From NCBI GenBank assembly GCA_038087875.1, contig CM075993.1, forward strand, positions 6,264,001 to 6,328,000: a stretch of 64,000 nt of DNA, written 5' to 3'. The notes under the pieces were generated by a model that ran no database searches, was not told where the DNA came from, and saw nothing but the letters and a program-made list of their open reading frames with translations. Origin of the DNA: Malacoraja senta (Eukaryota). Position numbers and translations under genes: made by a program. Shown here piece after piece: positions 11,991 through 24,152 of this stretch. Every line of letters begins with the position of its first letter. Position 1 is the first letter of the stretch.

Positions 11991-12740
11991 GTAAACAGAG
12001 ATACAATGTTATCAGGGGGTCAGTCAGGCTGGTCGGAGAACTGGGAATGGGGAGGGCTGGAGAGAGAGGGAAAGCAAGTGTTACTTACTGGAAGGTAGAG
12101 AAGTCTTTATTCATTACTTGAAGATAGAGAAGTCAATTGTCCCGCTGAGTTACTCCTTTCTATCCAGAGATGCTGCCGGTCCCGCTGAGTTACTCCAGCA
12201 TTCTGTGTCTATTAACAGGCAATAAAGTGCTTGGTAATGCTGTCCTCTGTTAAAGAGCGGGGAAATTATAGGTTAATGAAATGCATGCATACATTTTATT
12301 ACAGAACGTGTTTCCAATTTATTTGCTTCCAGGCACAGTTGTGTGATGCAGAATAAAAATTAAAGTCCCTGGAAACCCAGGAATGAAACTGTTGTGTTGA
12401 CGCGGTTAGCTCAAAACTAGGAATTTGCGAAAAACAGATTTGGTTTCCGTTCACATGGCACTTCATCATTTGACGGCCAACTTCATAGTAAGATCAAGAG
12501 GTCAGCTCATGCTTAGCAAGTTCCCAAACATGCATGTGTGGCGCAGTGGTAGAGTTGCTGCCTCACAGCTCCAGAGACCCAGGTTCGATCCTGACTACGG
12601 GTGCTGTCTGTACGGAGTTTGTACGTTCTCCCCGTGACCGCGTGGGTTTTCTCCTGGTGCTCCGGTTTTCTCCCACATTCTAAAGAGGCATGGGTTTGGC
12701 TTCTGTAAATTGTCCCTAGTGCGTACGACACAACTAGTGT

Positions 12741-13091
12741 ATAATAATAATAATAATGGATGGGATTTATATAGCGCCTTTCCAATACTCAAGGCGCTTT
12801 ACATCGCATTATTCATTCACTTCTCAGTCACACTCGGTGGTGGTGAGCTACTTCTGTAGCCACAGCTGCCCTGGGGCAGACTGACGGAAGCGTGGCTGCT
12901 AATCTGCGCCTACGGCCCCTCCGACCACCGCCAATCACTCACACACATTCACACACATTCACAGGCAGGCAAAGGTGGGTGAAGTGTCTTGCCCAAGGAC
13001 ACAACGACAGTATGCACTCCAAGCGGGATTCGAACCGGCTACCTTCCGGTTGCCAGCCGAACACTTAGCCCATTGCGCCATCTGTCGTCCC
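12741..13091 (-). mobile_element. tRNA-derived CORE-SINE with L2-type tail, inserted in a V-SINE
   Basis: A box TGGCGCAATGG, B box GGTTCGAATCC, CORE motif GTGTCCTTGGGCAAGACACTT, and tail AAAGCGCCTTGAG..AAAGGCGCTATATAAA..(ATT)n. Confidence 0.8.
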
Positions 13092-14512
13092 GATGGGTCA
13101 TCATTGGTCGGTGCGGACTAGGTGGGCCAAAGGGCCTGTTTCCACCTTGTATCTCTAAACTGCGGCGCGGCGGGAACTTTAAATCTTCGACCGCCGGCCT
13201 GCGGCCTACACCAACCTGAAGCCATGGTCTCCGGTGGGGCAGCACCGATTCAGGACTTACCTGGACTTTATCTGGACTTTGCCTTGTCTGAACTTCTGGA
13301 CGCCCGCAGCGGAGGGGTGAGGTCCCGACCAGGGGGGGGGGGGGGGGGAAATGGAGGAGGACTGGCCAAATTTTGTACCTTCCACCACAGTGATGAATAC
13401 ATTTTTATTGTGTTTTTGTGTGTTCTTTTTCATTGTACCGCTGCTGGCAAATTCATTTCACTTGCACTTTATGTACAAGTGACGAATAAAACTGATATTG
13501 ATTGATTGATATTGAAACATGGGATGCTAAACATGAAAAGCTGGTTTCCGACAACCATCAGGTTTTTGAACCGATAAACATAATGTTGCCCCCGTGAACG
13601 TGTGGGTTTTCTCCGAGATCTTCAGTTCCCTCCCACACTCCAAAGACGTACAGGTTTGTAGGTTGATTGACTTGGTATGAGTGAACATTTTCCCTAGTGT
13701 GTGCAGGATAGTGTAGGTGTGCGGGGATCGTTGGTCGGCACGGACTCAGTGGGCCGAAGGGCCTGTTTCCACGCTGTATCTCTACACTAAAACTAAACTG
13801 AATATGCTCGACTTGATATCTTAGTGAAGGTACACTGCACTGAGTAAGAAAGACCCTCCGTGAAGGATGCACCATCTGTGACTAACAATGGAAGTCAAAG
13901 GATGGCATCAAATTGGTGGAAAAGACATATGACATTTCAATGGTGGACAAAAATGCTGGAGAAACTCAGTGGGTGAGGCAGCATCTCGGAGCGAAGGAAT
14001 AGGCGACGTTTCAGGTCGAGACCCTTCTTCAGGCTCGACATTTCAATGATTACTAATAGGGCAGCACAGTGGCACAGCAAATAAAACTGCTACCTCACAG
14101 CGCCAGAGAGCTGAGTTCAACCCTGACCTGGGGTGCTCTCTGTGTGGAGTTTGCACCTTCTTCCTGTGACCGCGTGGGTTTCCTTTGGATGCTCTGGCTT
14201 CCTCCCTCATCCCTAAACCTGGCGGGGTCGTAGGTTGATTGGCAAAATGCAGACATGACCCTAGCATGTCGGGAGTGGTTGAGAAAGTGGGCAAATGTAG
14301 AAGGAGTGTGAATGGGTGATCGATGGTCGGTGTGGACTTGGTCAGATGAAGAGACTGTTACCGTCCTGTATCCCTAAACGAAATGAAACAAAACTAAACT
14401 GAACTAAACTGAACTAAACTGAACTAAACTAAACTAGTGTGAACTATGACCAGTGTGGGCTCGGTGGGCCAAAGGGCCTGTTTCCACGCTGTATCTCTAA
14501 ACTAAACTTTGA

Positions 14513-14806
14513 TGGCGGCACGATGGCACAGCGGTAGAGTTGCTGCCTCACAGCGCCAGAGTCCCTGGTTCGATCCCGACCACGGGTGCTGTCTGTACGG
14601 AGTTTGTACGTTCTCCCCGTGACCACGTGGGTTTTGTCCGAGATCTCCGGGTTCCTCCCACACTCCAAAGACGGGCAGGTTTGTAGGATAATTGGCTTGG
14701 TATAAGTGTAAATTGCCCCGAGTGTGTGTAGGATAGTGTTAGTGTCGCTGGTCGGCGCGGACTCGGTGAGACGAAGGGCCTGTTCCCGCGCTGTATCTCT
14801 AAACTA
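14513..14806 (+). mobile_element. HE1-type V-SINE
   Basis: Full head, V domain and tail. Confidence 0.88.
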
Positions 14807-14834
14807 GACAGACTGGAGGATTGAGTAATTCTTG

Positions 14835-15098
14835 GCAAAAAACATTTGTCGAAAAGATGAGTTAAAAGTTATAAAGCGGGAGAAAATAGAGTCTGCGTAT
14901 AAACTGGAAATAATATAAAAATAGAAATATCGACGCATAAAATAGAGAGGGCAGCCAAAGTAAACATTGGTTGCTTCGAAGATGAGAGGGGGGAATTAAT
15001 AGCAGGAAATTGTTAAATGGCAGAGCTGCTAAATAATTATATTGGATCAGTTTTCACAGTTGAAGACAATAAAAACATTCCAACAATGATAGATAATC
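14835..15098 (+). mobile_element. Old CR1 ORF2 internal (EN-RT linker) fragment; continues at 15744-15800
   Basis: Decayed K.NIG.FEDERGELIAGN..MAELLNNY..SVFTVED. Confidence 0.65.
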
Positions 15099-15227
15099 TG
15101 TGTCGGAAGGAACTGCAGATGCTGGTTAAAACCGAAGATAGACACAAAAGGCTGGAGTAACTCAGCGGGACAGGGTGCATCTCCGGAGAGAAGGAATGGG
15201 TGACGTTTCGGGTCGAGACCCTTCTTC

Positions 15228-15740
15228 TGCCATAGAGGGAGTACAGAGAAGGTTCACCAGACTGATTCCTGGGATGGCAGGACTTTCATATGAAGAAAGA
15301 CTGGATAGACTCGGCTTGTACTCGCTAGAATTTAGAAGATTGAGGGGGGATCTTATAGAAACTTACAAAATTCTTAAGGGGTTGGACAGGCTAGATGCAG
15401 GAAGATTGTTCCCGATGTTGGGGAAGTCCAGAACAAGGGGTCACAGTTTAAGGATAAGGGGGAAGTCTTTTAGGACCGAGATGAGAAAATCATTTTTTAC
15501 ACAGAGAGTGGTGAATCTGTGGAATTCTCTGCTACAGAAGGTAGTTGAGGCCAGCTCATTGGCTATATTTAAGAGGGAGTTAGATGTGGCCCTTGTGGCT
15601 AAAGGGATCAGGGGGTATGGACAGAAGGCAGGTACAGGATACTGAGTTGGATGATCAGCCGTGATCATATTGAATGGCGGTGCAGGCTCGAAGGGCCGAA
15701 TGGCCTATTCCTGTACCTATTTTCTATGTTTCTATGTTTC
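15228..15740 (+). mobile_element. CR1 LINE 3' fragment, (TTTCTATG)n tail
   Basis: AIEGVQRRFTRLIPGMAGLSYEERLDRLGLYSLE. Confidence 0.92.
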
Positions 15741-15927
15741 TTCAGATAATCAAGGGGCTACAGGGAGGGTGGAATTTAAAGTGATCCTTATTACCAGAAT
15801 TTAAAAAACAGGCACACTAATAGACAAGGCTCAAATTTCAATGAATATTTTTAAGGCAGAGATGGATAGATTCTTGATTAGTACAGGTGTCAGGGGTTAT
15901 AGGGAGAAGGCAGGAGGATGGGGTTAG

Positions 15928-16170
15928 TAGGGTTGCCAACTTTCTCACTCCCAAATAAGGGACGAAAGGTCAAAATAAGGGACAAATTCCCGACGGCAAT
16001 TCGCCGACCCACTCGGCCGTGGCTGGGTGAATGATGAGTAGGCCCGGGTGCTGGACTGCACTCAAAGCCCAGCCGGCAGGCCAGCTGAGGAGTTTTGGCC
16101 CGGGCCCTTCCAACTCATGATCGGCCATGAGAAGGAGGGGCGGTGGTGTCACTAAAAACTGCACACGGGG
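15928..16170. mobile_element. hAT (Blackjack-like) terminal fragment
   Basis: Starts TAGGGTTGCCAAC with repeated AAATAAGGGAC. The other end was not found nearby. Confidence 0.5.
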
Positions 16171-16842
16171 TCAGGCTGGTAGGAAAATAGCGACGCAAGG
16201 AATCGCAGACGCTGGAATCTTGAGTCAAATGCAAAGTGCCGGAGGAACTCAGTGGGTGAGGCAGCATCTGTGGAGGGAATGGACAGATGACATTTTGGAT
16301 CCCGTACCGAATGTTTAAGAAGGAACTGCTGATGCTGGAAAATCGAAGGCAGACAAAAGTGCTGGAGTGCTGGAGAAACTCAGCAGGTGCAGCAGCATCT
16401 ATGGAGCGAAGAAAATAGGCAACGTTTCGGGCCAAAACCCTGAAGGAAATAGGCGACGTTTCGGGACGAAACCCGGAAGGGTTTCGGGCCGAAACGTTGC
16501 CGATTTCCTTCGCTCCATAGATGCTGCCTGACCCACTGAGTTCCTCCAGTATTTAGTGTTTTGCTGGTGATAAAAAGTATTGTTTTTGGATGCCTGTTAG
16601 TTATTGCCATATTATACAAACCTAAAGTTCCCAGAAAGAATGTAGGATTATTTTTAAAAGTCTTGACATGATTTTATGGATACACTTAAAGTGAGGAACT
16701 AACCAGGCCTCAAACAGTGCGGAGATTTCCATGAAAACAGTGTAACGCTCAGTCACACTGATGTACACTTTGAAGAAAATGAACTCCCATTCGCAAATTG
16801 TTTCATGTCGGTAACCTCAAAGAGAAATGAATCTGACATAAG

Positions 16843-17265
16843 ATAGAAACATAGAAACATAGAACATAGGTGCAGGAGAAGGCCATTCGGCCCTTCGAGC
16901 CAGATTCAATATGACCATGGCTGATCATCCAAAATCAGTACCCCGTTCCTGCCTTCTCCCCATGTCCCCTGACTCCGCTATCTTTAAGAGCCCTATCTAG
17001 CTCTCTCTCGAAAGCATCCAGAGAATTGGCCTCCACTGCCTCCTGAGGCAGAGAATTCCACAGATTCGCAACTCTCTGGGTGAAAAAGTTTTTCCTCGTC
17101 TCCGTTCTAAATGGCCTACTCCTTATTTTCAAACTGTGGCCCCTGGTTCTGGACTCCCCCAACATCGGGAACATGTCTCCTGCCTCTAGCGTGTCCAATC
17201 CCTTAATAATCTTATATGTTTCAATAAGATCCCCTCTCATCCTTCTAAACCTTCTAAATTCCAGT
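16843..17265 (-). mobile_element. CR1 LINE 3' fragment
   Basis: MRGDLIETYKIIKGLD...GEKAGTGY. Confidence 0.9.
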
Positions 17266-17289
17266 GTAAACCTCTCTCATCCTTCTAAA

Positions 17290-17680
17290 TTCCATATTTC
17301 GCTTGGGCAGCTTACACCCCAGTGGTATGAACATTGACTTCTCTAACTTCAAGTAACCCTTGCTTTCCCTCTCTCTCCATTTGTTCCCCTTCCTAGTTCT
17401 CCGACCAGTCTGACTGTCTCTAAATGCTATGTTGTCACCTTTTCCGAGCTAACAATGATCTATTCTACATTTGCCTTCAACTGCATCCCCTTTGATGTCT
17501 CGTTTTCACACCTTACACATCCTTATCTCTGTGTCTCGCTCTCCCCTGAATCTTGGTCTGTAGAAGGATCTCGACCCAGGACATCACCCAATCCTTCTAT
17601 CCAGAGATGTTGCCTGTCCCGCTGAGTTACTCCAGCATTTTGTGTCTATCTTAAACCAGCATCTGCAGTTCCTTCTGACA
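17290..17680 (+). mobile_element. PLE 3' end, second subfamily (ORF end, UTR, degenerate HHR)
   Basis: CATATTTCGCTTGGGCAGCTTACACCCCAGTGGTATGAAC matches the PLE ORF end; terminal ...CAGCATCTGCAGTTCCTTC. Confidence 0.75.
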
Positions 17681-18195
17681 CATTATCGGCGGATAATCTC
17701 TTTGGGGTTTCTTGAAGTTGAGAAGCTGCAGCAAAGTACACGCCTCTTTTCTACGGGGGACTTTGTGGTATTGGGGGAGATTTTCTGAAGGGGCTTGCAC
17801 TTGACTAAGAAGACAAAGGGAAAGAGGTTTCACAGAAAGTATCTGATCCTTGAGATCTCCTGCGCTGGTTATGGTGGCTAAAGAGAAGTAGTGAGGCACT
17901 TTCCCAGAGTATTTTTCAAACGTTGCTTTTTTCTCCTGGTTTATATGTGTGTCTCGCTCGTGGTTCCAGGCAGGCAGGGCTGAGGAAGAGTTCAATCTGC
18001 GATGTGGAGGACTTTGTGTTATAGGGGTAGATTTTCAACCTGCCATCTTGACATAAGACTGAATCCCTTGATCAGTCCTCTGTGATGGCAACAGCCTGGA
18101 TTTGGTTTCCACATTGGCCAGTTATGATCTCAGGCAACAAGCCGAAACTCTGCACTGGCCAGTTTAAAGCATTGGTGGAAGCCTTGTGGTCCATT

Positions 18196-18713
18196 GGAAC
18201 ATAGAACATAGAACATAGAACATAGAACATGGAACATGGAACATGGAACATAGAACATAGAACATGGAACATATGACATGGAACATGAAACGTGGAACAT
18301 TGAACATACGACATGGAACATGGAACATGCAACATGGAACATGGAAAATAGAACATGGAACCTGGAACATGGAACATGGAACATAGAACATAGCACATGG
18401 AACATGGAACATGGATCCTGGAACATGGAACATGGAACATAGAACATGGAACATGGAACATGGAACATGGAACATGGAACATGGAAAATAGAACATGGAA
18501 CCTGGAACATGGAACATGGAAAATATGACATGGAACATGAAACATGGAACCTGGAACATGGAACATGGAACATGGAACATAGAACATAGCACATGGAACA
18601 TGGAACATGGATCCTGGAACATGGAACATGGAACATAGAACATGGGACATAGAACATGGAACATGGAACATAGAACATGGAATGTAGAGCATAGAACATG
18701 GAATATAGAACAT
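18196..18713. repeat. 7-bp tandem repeat (GAACATG/GAACATA)n
   Basis: Direct inspection. Confidence 0.97.
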
Positions 18714-19005
18714 GGCGCAGCGGTAGAGTTGCTGCCTCATTGCGCCAGAGACCCGTGTTCGATCATGACTACGGGTGCTGTCTGTACGGAGTTTGTATGT
18801 TCTCCCCGTGACCTGCGTGGGTTTTCTCCGAGATCTTCAGTTTCCTCCCACACTCCAAAGATGTACAGGCTAGTAGGTTAATTGGCTTGGTGTAAATGTA
18901 AATTGTCCCTAGTGTGTGTGTGTGTAGGATAATGTTAATATGCGGGGGGATCGCTAGTCGGTGCGGACTCCGTGGGCCTGTTTCCGCGCCATTTCTCTAA
19001 GCTAA
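18713..19005 (+). mobile_element. HE1-type V-SINE
   Basis: Head, V domain and tail. Confidence 0.85.
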
Positions 19006-20182
19006 ACGCTCTCAAAATATCCATGAGCTGCCACTATGATGATTGTTATTGGAAGCTAGAAGCCAACACAATGGGTTGTCTGAAGCTTATCCCACTTGTG
19101 TGGGATGTTGGGTCTTGTTGGAATGCAGACGGGGAAAGGAGGAAGAAAATAAAACAAATATTTCAATATTAATATAAGTGGTATGACTTAATATGCATGC
19201 AATTAATTTCCCGCTGACTGCACTTGAAGGGAATGCATTCTTTCTCCAAATCTGGTAGCTATTAAAAAATCTATTTATAAACTGAACTTCATTTTGAAGT
19301 GGTCCTGAATCTTACCTCAAAGAATGATTCCTCATAACTACGCATTTCTAACGTGACTTCCTCGTAGAAACGGAAAGAACTGCAGATGCTGGGATATTGC
19401 CTTGCGTAAACTGGAGGAACAGAACCACATATTCCACTTGGGAAGCTGACATCCCAGTGTTTTGTTTAGTTTAGAGATACAGCGCGGAATCAGGCCCTTC
19501 GGCCCACCGACTCCGCGCCGACCAGCTATTCCCGCATATTAACACTACCCAACACACACTGGGGACAATTTACACACACACACCAAGCTTACGGATGGAG
19601 ATGCAAAGGAATTTCTTAAGTCAGAGGGTGGAGAATCCGTGGAATTCATAGCCACAGATGGCTGTGGAGGCCAAGTCATTGGGTATTTTTAAAGCAGAGA
19701 TTGATAGGTTCTTGATTAGTACGGGCGTCAAGGGTTATGGGTTGCCTATTTCCTTCGCTCCATAGATGCTGCTGCACCCGCTGAGTTTCTCCAGCACTTT
19801 TGTCTACCTTCGATTTTCCAGCATCTGCAGTTCCTTCTTAAACAAATCTACTCAGCTATTCAATCATGGCTGATCTATCTCTCCCTCCTAACCCCGCTCT
19901 CCTGCCTTCTCCCCATAACCTCTGACACCCGTACTAATCAAGAATCTATCCATCTCTGCCTTCAAAATATCCACTGACTTGGCCCCCACAGCCTTCGGTG
20001 GCAAAGAATTCCACAGATTCACCACCCTCTGACTAAAGAAATTTCTCCTCGTCTCCTTCCTAAAAGAACGTCCTTTAATCTGAGGCTATGACCTCTGGTT
20101 CGTTTGCAATCGCTGGTTGGCGGGGACTCAGTGGGCCAAAGGGCTTGTTTCCGCGCTATATCTCCAAACTGAACTAAAGGAA

Positions 20183-20566
20183 ACTCCTCCAGTGTCAGAG
20201 TGAGGCTAAAGGCAAATTGGAGGAACAGCATCTCATATTTCGCTTGGCCAACTTACAACCCAGTGGTATGACTCTTGATTTCTCTCACTTCAAGCAACCC
20301 CTGCATTCCCTCTCTCTCCATCCCTCCCCCATCGAAGTCGCACCAGCTTATCGTTCTCACCTAGCAAACAGCTAACAAGGGCCTGCTTCCATTGTCATCG
20401 TTACTTTTTTGCATATCTTTCATTCGTTGTTCTTTATCTCTCTACATCATCAGTCTATATCTCTCGTTTCCCTTTCCTGTGAATTTCCGTCTGAAGAAGG
20501 GTCTCGACCCGAAACGTCACCCATTCCTTCTCTCCAGAGATGCTATCTAAATTTTTGTGTCTATCT
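20183..20566 (+). mobile_element. PLE 3' end with intact HHR motif
   Basis: The ORF end ...LEEQHLIFRL is followed by UTR and CTGAAGAAGGGTCTCGACCCGAAACGTC. Confidence 0.8.
20489..20522 (+). ncRNA. Minimal type I hammerhead ribozyme motif
   Basis: GU-CUGAAGA-A-GGGU(CUCG)ACCC-GAAACGUC-AC. Confidence 0.7.
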
Positions 20567-20786
20567 AAATTAAACTAAATCTGTAATTCTACCTCATAAA
20601 GGCATGGGAGTAGGAGAAGGTCATGAATGTTTTCCGGACCATCCCCCCCCCCACAAAACAATGACAGTTCATCTCATAGATTCCCACTCTCCCAACCCTG
20701 CCATAGCTGGCTGGGATATTCTGCTGTCTCCATCCTGAAATTCCTTCCTAAACCTCCCTTACAATCAGTAAAACCCTCCCTCCTCC

Positions 20787-20830
20787 GTGTGTCCGCGTGT
20801 GTGTGTAAGTGTGTGTGTGTGTGTGTGTGT

Positions 20831-20875
<45 letters not shown>

Positions 20876-21303
20876 CATGTGTGTGTGTGTCCGTGTGTGT
20901 GTGGGTGTGCGTATGTGTGTGTCTGTGTGTGTGTGTGTCCGCGTGTGTGTATGTGTGTCCGCGTGTGTGTGTACGTGTGTGTGTGTGTACGTGTGTGTGT
21001 GTCTGTGTGCGTGTGTGTCCGTGTGTGTGTGTGTACGTGTGTGTGTGTGTGTACGTGTGTGTGTGTGTGTACGTGTGTGTGTGTCTGTGTGTGTGTCCGT
21101 GTGTGTATATGTCTGTGTGTGCGTATGTGTGTCCGTGTGTGTGTGTATGTCCGTTTGTGTGTGTGTGTGTGTGTCCTTATGCCTGTGTGTGAGTGTGTGT
21201 CCGTGTGTGTGTGTGTGTGTGTGTCCGTGTGAGTGTGTGTCCATGTGTTTGTGTGTGTGTGTGTTCGTGTGTGTGTATGTCCGTGTGTGTGTGTGTGTGT
21301 GTG

Positions 21304-21355
<52 letters not shown>

Positions 21356-21501
21356 TGTGAGTGTGTGTCCGTGTGTGTGTGTGTGTCCGTATGTGTGTGC
21401 GAGTGTGTGTCCATGTGTGTGTGTGTGTGCGTGTGTGTGTGTGTGTGTCTGTGTGTGTGTGTGTGTGTGTCCGTGTGTGTGTGTGTGTGTGAGTGTGTGT
21501 C

Positions 21502-21551
<50 letters not shown>

Positions 21552-21563
21552 AGTGTGTGTGTG

Positions 21564-21602
<39 letters not shown>

Positions 21603-21606
21603 GTGT

Positions 21607-21651
<45 letters not shown>

Positions 21652-22110
21652 TGTGTGTGTGTGTGTGTGTATGTCCGTGTGTGTGTGTGTGTGTCCGTGT
21701 GTGTCTGTGTGTGTGTGTGTGTCTGTGTGTGTGTGTGTCCGTGTGTGTGTGTGTGTCTGTGTGTGTGTGTGTCCGTGTGTGTGTGTGTGTCTGTGTGTGT
21801 GTGTGTCCGTGTGTGTCTGTGTGTGTGTGTGTGAGTGTGTGTGTGTGTGAGTGTGTCTGTGTGTGTGTGTGTCCGTGTGTGTGTGTGTGTCTGTGTGTGT
21901 GTGTGTCCGTGTGTGTGTGTGTGTCTGTGTGTGTGTGTGTGTGAGTGTGTTCCCGTGTGTGTGTGTGTGTGTCTGTGTGTGTGTGTGAGTGTGTCTGTGT
22001 GTGTGTGTGTCCGTGTGTGTGTGTGTGTCTGTGTGTGTGTGTGTCCGTGTGTGTGTGTGTGTCTGTGTGTGTGTGTGTCCGTGTGTGTCTGTGTGTGTGT
22101 GGGTGTGTGG
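20787..22110. repeat. Interrupted (TG)n microsatellite, ~1.3 kb
   Basis: Direct inspection; recurrent TCCG/TCTG/TGAG interruptions. Confidence 0.98.
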
Positions 22111-22736
22111 GTTTGTGGCCTCTAAAAGATATTCGCACAAACATAAGGATAGGAAGGTTCGAGGGTTATGGGCCAAAAATAACCAAAATGGGACTAGCCC
22201 AGAATGCCATTGGTTGGTTCGGACAAAGTGGGCCAAAGGGCCTGTTTCCGTGCTGTATGACTCTATAACAAAGTAATGAAGATACAACTGGCTTCAGGAA
22301 CCTTCCAAGTCAGAGGGTGGTGAATCTGTGGAATTCTTTGCCACACAAGGCTGTGGAGGCCAAGTCAATGGATATTTTTAAGACGGAGATAGATAGATTC
22401 TTGATTAGTGCGTGTGTCGGGGGTTGTGGGGGAGAAGGCACGAGAATGGGGTTAAAAGGGAACGAATGATCAATGATGGCGGAGTAGACTTGATGGGCCG
22501 AATGGCCTAATTCTGCTCATATCATTTATGAACTTAAATTCCACCACTTGCTGAATGAGAGAATTCACTAGAATACTAGCGGGCAATATTCATCACTGAG
22601 GCATTCATCTGAGATATAGGTAACGATCAGATGTTGGGGTTGGTGATGGGATGGGTCATCTATCTGAGTGATATTGATCCCAAGAAGCCATCCATCCAGG
22701 ACTAAAGGAACATCAATGTAATCTTCATCGTCGTGG

Positions 22737-23047
22737 TTTAGTTTAGTTTAGTTTAGAGATACAGCGCGGAAACAGGCCCTTCAGCCCACCGAGTCCGTGC
22801 CGGCCAGCGTTCACTCTGTGCACTAACACTATCCTAAACAAACTCGGGACAACTTACAATTTTTACTGAAGCCAAGTAACCTACAAACCTGTACGTCTTT
22901 GGAGTGTGGGAGGAAACCGAAGATCCCGGAGCAAAACCAACGCAGGTCTCGGGGAGAACGTACAAAGTCCGTACAGACAGCAGCCGTGGTCAGGATCGAA
23001 CCGGGGGTCTCTGGTGCTCAACTCTACCGCTGTGCCACCGCGCCGCC
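22737..23047 (-). mobile_element. HE1-type V-SINE
   Basis: Head, V domain and tail. Confidence 0.85.
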
Positions 23048-23649
23048 CCAGATTGGGGACCCAGGAGGAGATTCTGTTCCATGACATCAATGCCTTGACC
23101 TCCAGCACAGAAGGGTCAGACAGAAGTACAAATATATTAATTCCACAAATAACAGCAACTTCTAGGCTATTTATTTTAAACACTCATGAGAGAGAAAAAG
23201 TTGAACAAACAGTCTATTCATAATTAATTATGGAAAATAACTCCAATATAACGCCATCATTTATTCAGCTCTCATGCACAAAAGTCTGAAAGTAAACAGC
23301 TTACATAATAATTTAAGATGCTGATAATTTGTAGATGTTGGTTTCCCCAGCAGTGTAATTCTAAATCCATTTATAGGCAGGAAAGATGAAATGGTTATGA
23401 ACTATCAAATTCCCACGACTGTTCATCCCAAAATGATTTTTCCAGCGTCCGAATAACATTTGCGTTCCCTCAGCTGAGAGGAGCGGACCCGTTAATAACA
23501 TATTACTCATGAAGTCTCACCACTTTAGTTGCGGCAAGCTGGCGCAGCGGTAGAGTTGCTGCCTTACAGCGGCGGAGACCCGGGTTCGATCCTGACCACG
23601 GGTGCTGTCTGTATGGGGTTTGTACATTCTCCCCGTGACCTGTGAGGGC

Positions 23650-24152
23650 TTTAGTTTAGTTTAGTTTAGAGATACAGCGCGGAAACTGGCCCTTTGGCCC
23701 ACCGAGTCCGCGCCGACCAGTGATACCCGCACACGAATGGGCCTGTCCCACTTGGGTGTCATTTGCGCGTCATCAGATGGCGCATGAAGATTTTGTACAT
23801 CCCATAACTGCCTACGTCACCATGTACCATGCATGCGTAATGTGCACCATGCGCGCGTCGTGCCTCGTGACGCGTAAATGATGTCGCGTAAATGACGCGC
23901 AAATGGCGCCCAAGTGGGACAGGTCCTTAACACTATCCTACACACACTAGGGACAATTTGTTATCTTTATACCAAGCGAATTAACTTACAAACCTGTACG
24001 TCTTTGGAGTGTGGGAGGAAACCGAAGATCTCGGAGAAAACCCACGCAGGTCACGGGGAGAACGTGCAAAAGGCGTACAGACAGCACCCGTAGTCAGATC
24101 GAACCCGGGTCTCTGGCGCTGCAAGGCAGCAACTCTACCGCTGCGCCACCGT
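23650..24152 (-). mobile_element. HE1-type V-SINE split by a Harbinger MITE
   Basis: SINE sequence is continuous on both sides of 23738-23927. Confidence 0.85.
23738..23927. mobile_element. Harbinger-type MITE family B, inserted in a SINE
   Basis: TIRs present; it splits the SINE sequence CACAC-TAA-CACTATCC. Confidence 0.8.

Noticed and set aside
13020..13091. tRNA gene (also the heads of the HE1-type SINEs)
   Set aside because: A/B boxes are followed by CORE or V domains and LINE tails, so these are SINE heads; I found no complete cloverleaf.
17651..17995. 114-aa minus-strand ORF in unique DNA (shares ILSVKPL with the ORF at 26066)
   Set aside because: No recognisable domain or clear splice structure; the short peptide match is probably chance.
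18072..18740. MFHVPCS-repeat ORFs
   Set aside because: Translation of the 7-bp satellite.
20627..22287. Long VC- and HT-repeat ORFs (up to 470 aa)
   Set aside because: Translations of the (TG)n tract, which lacks stop codons.
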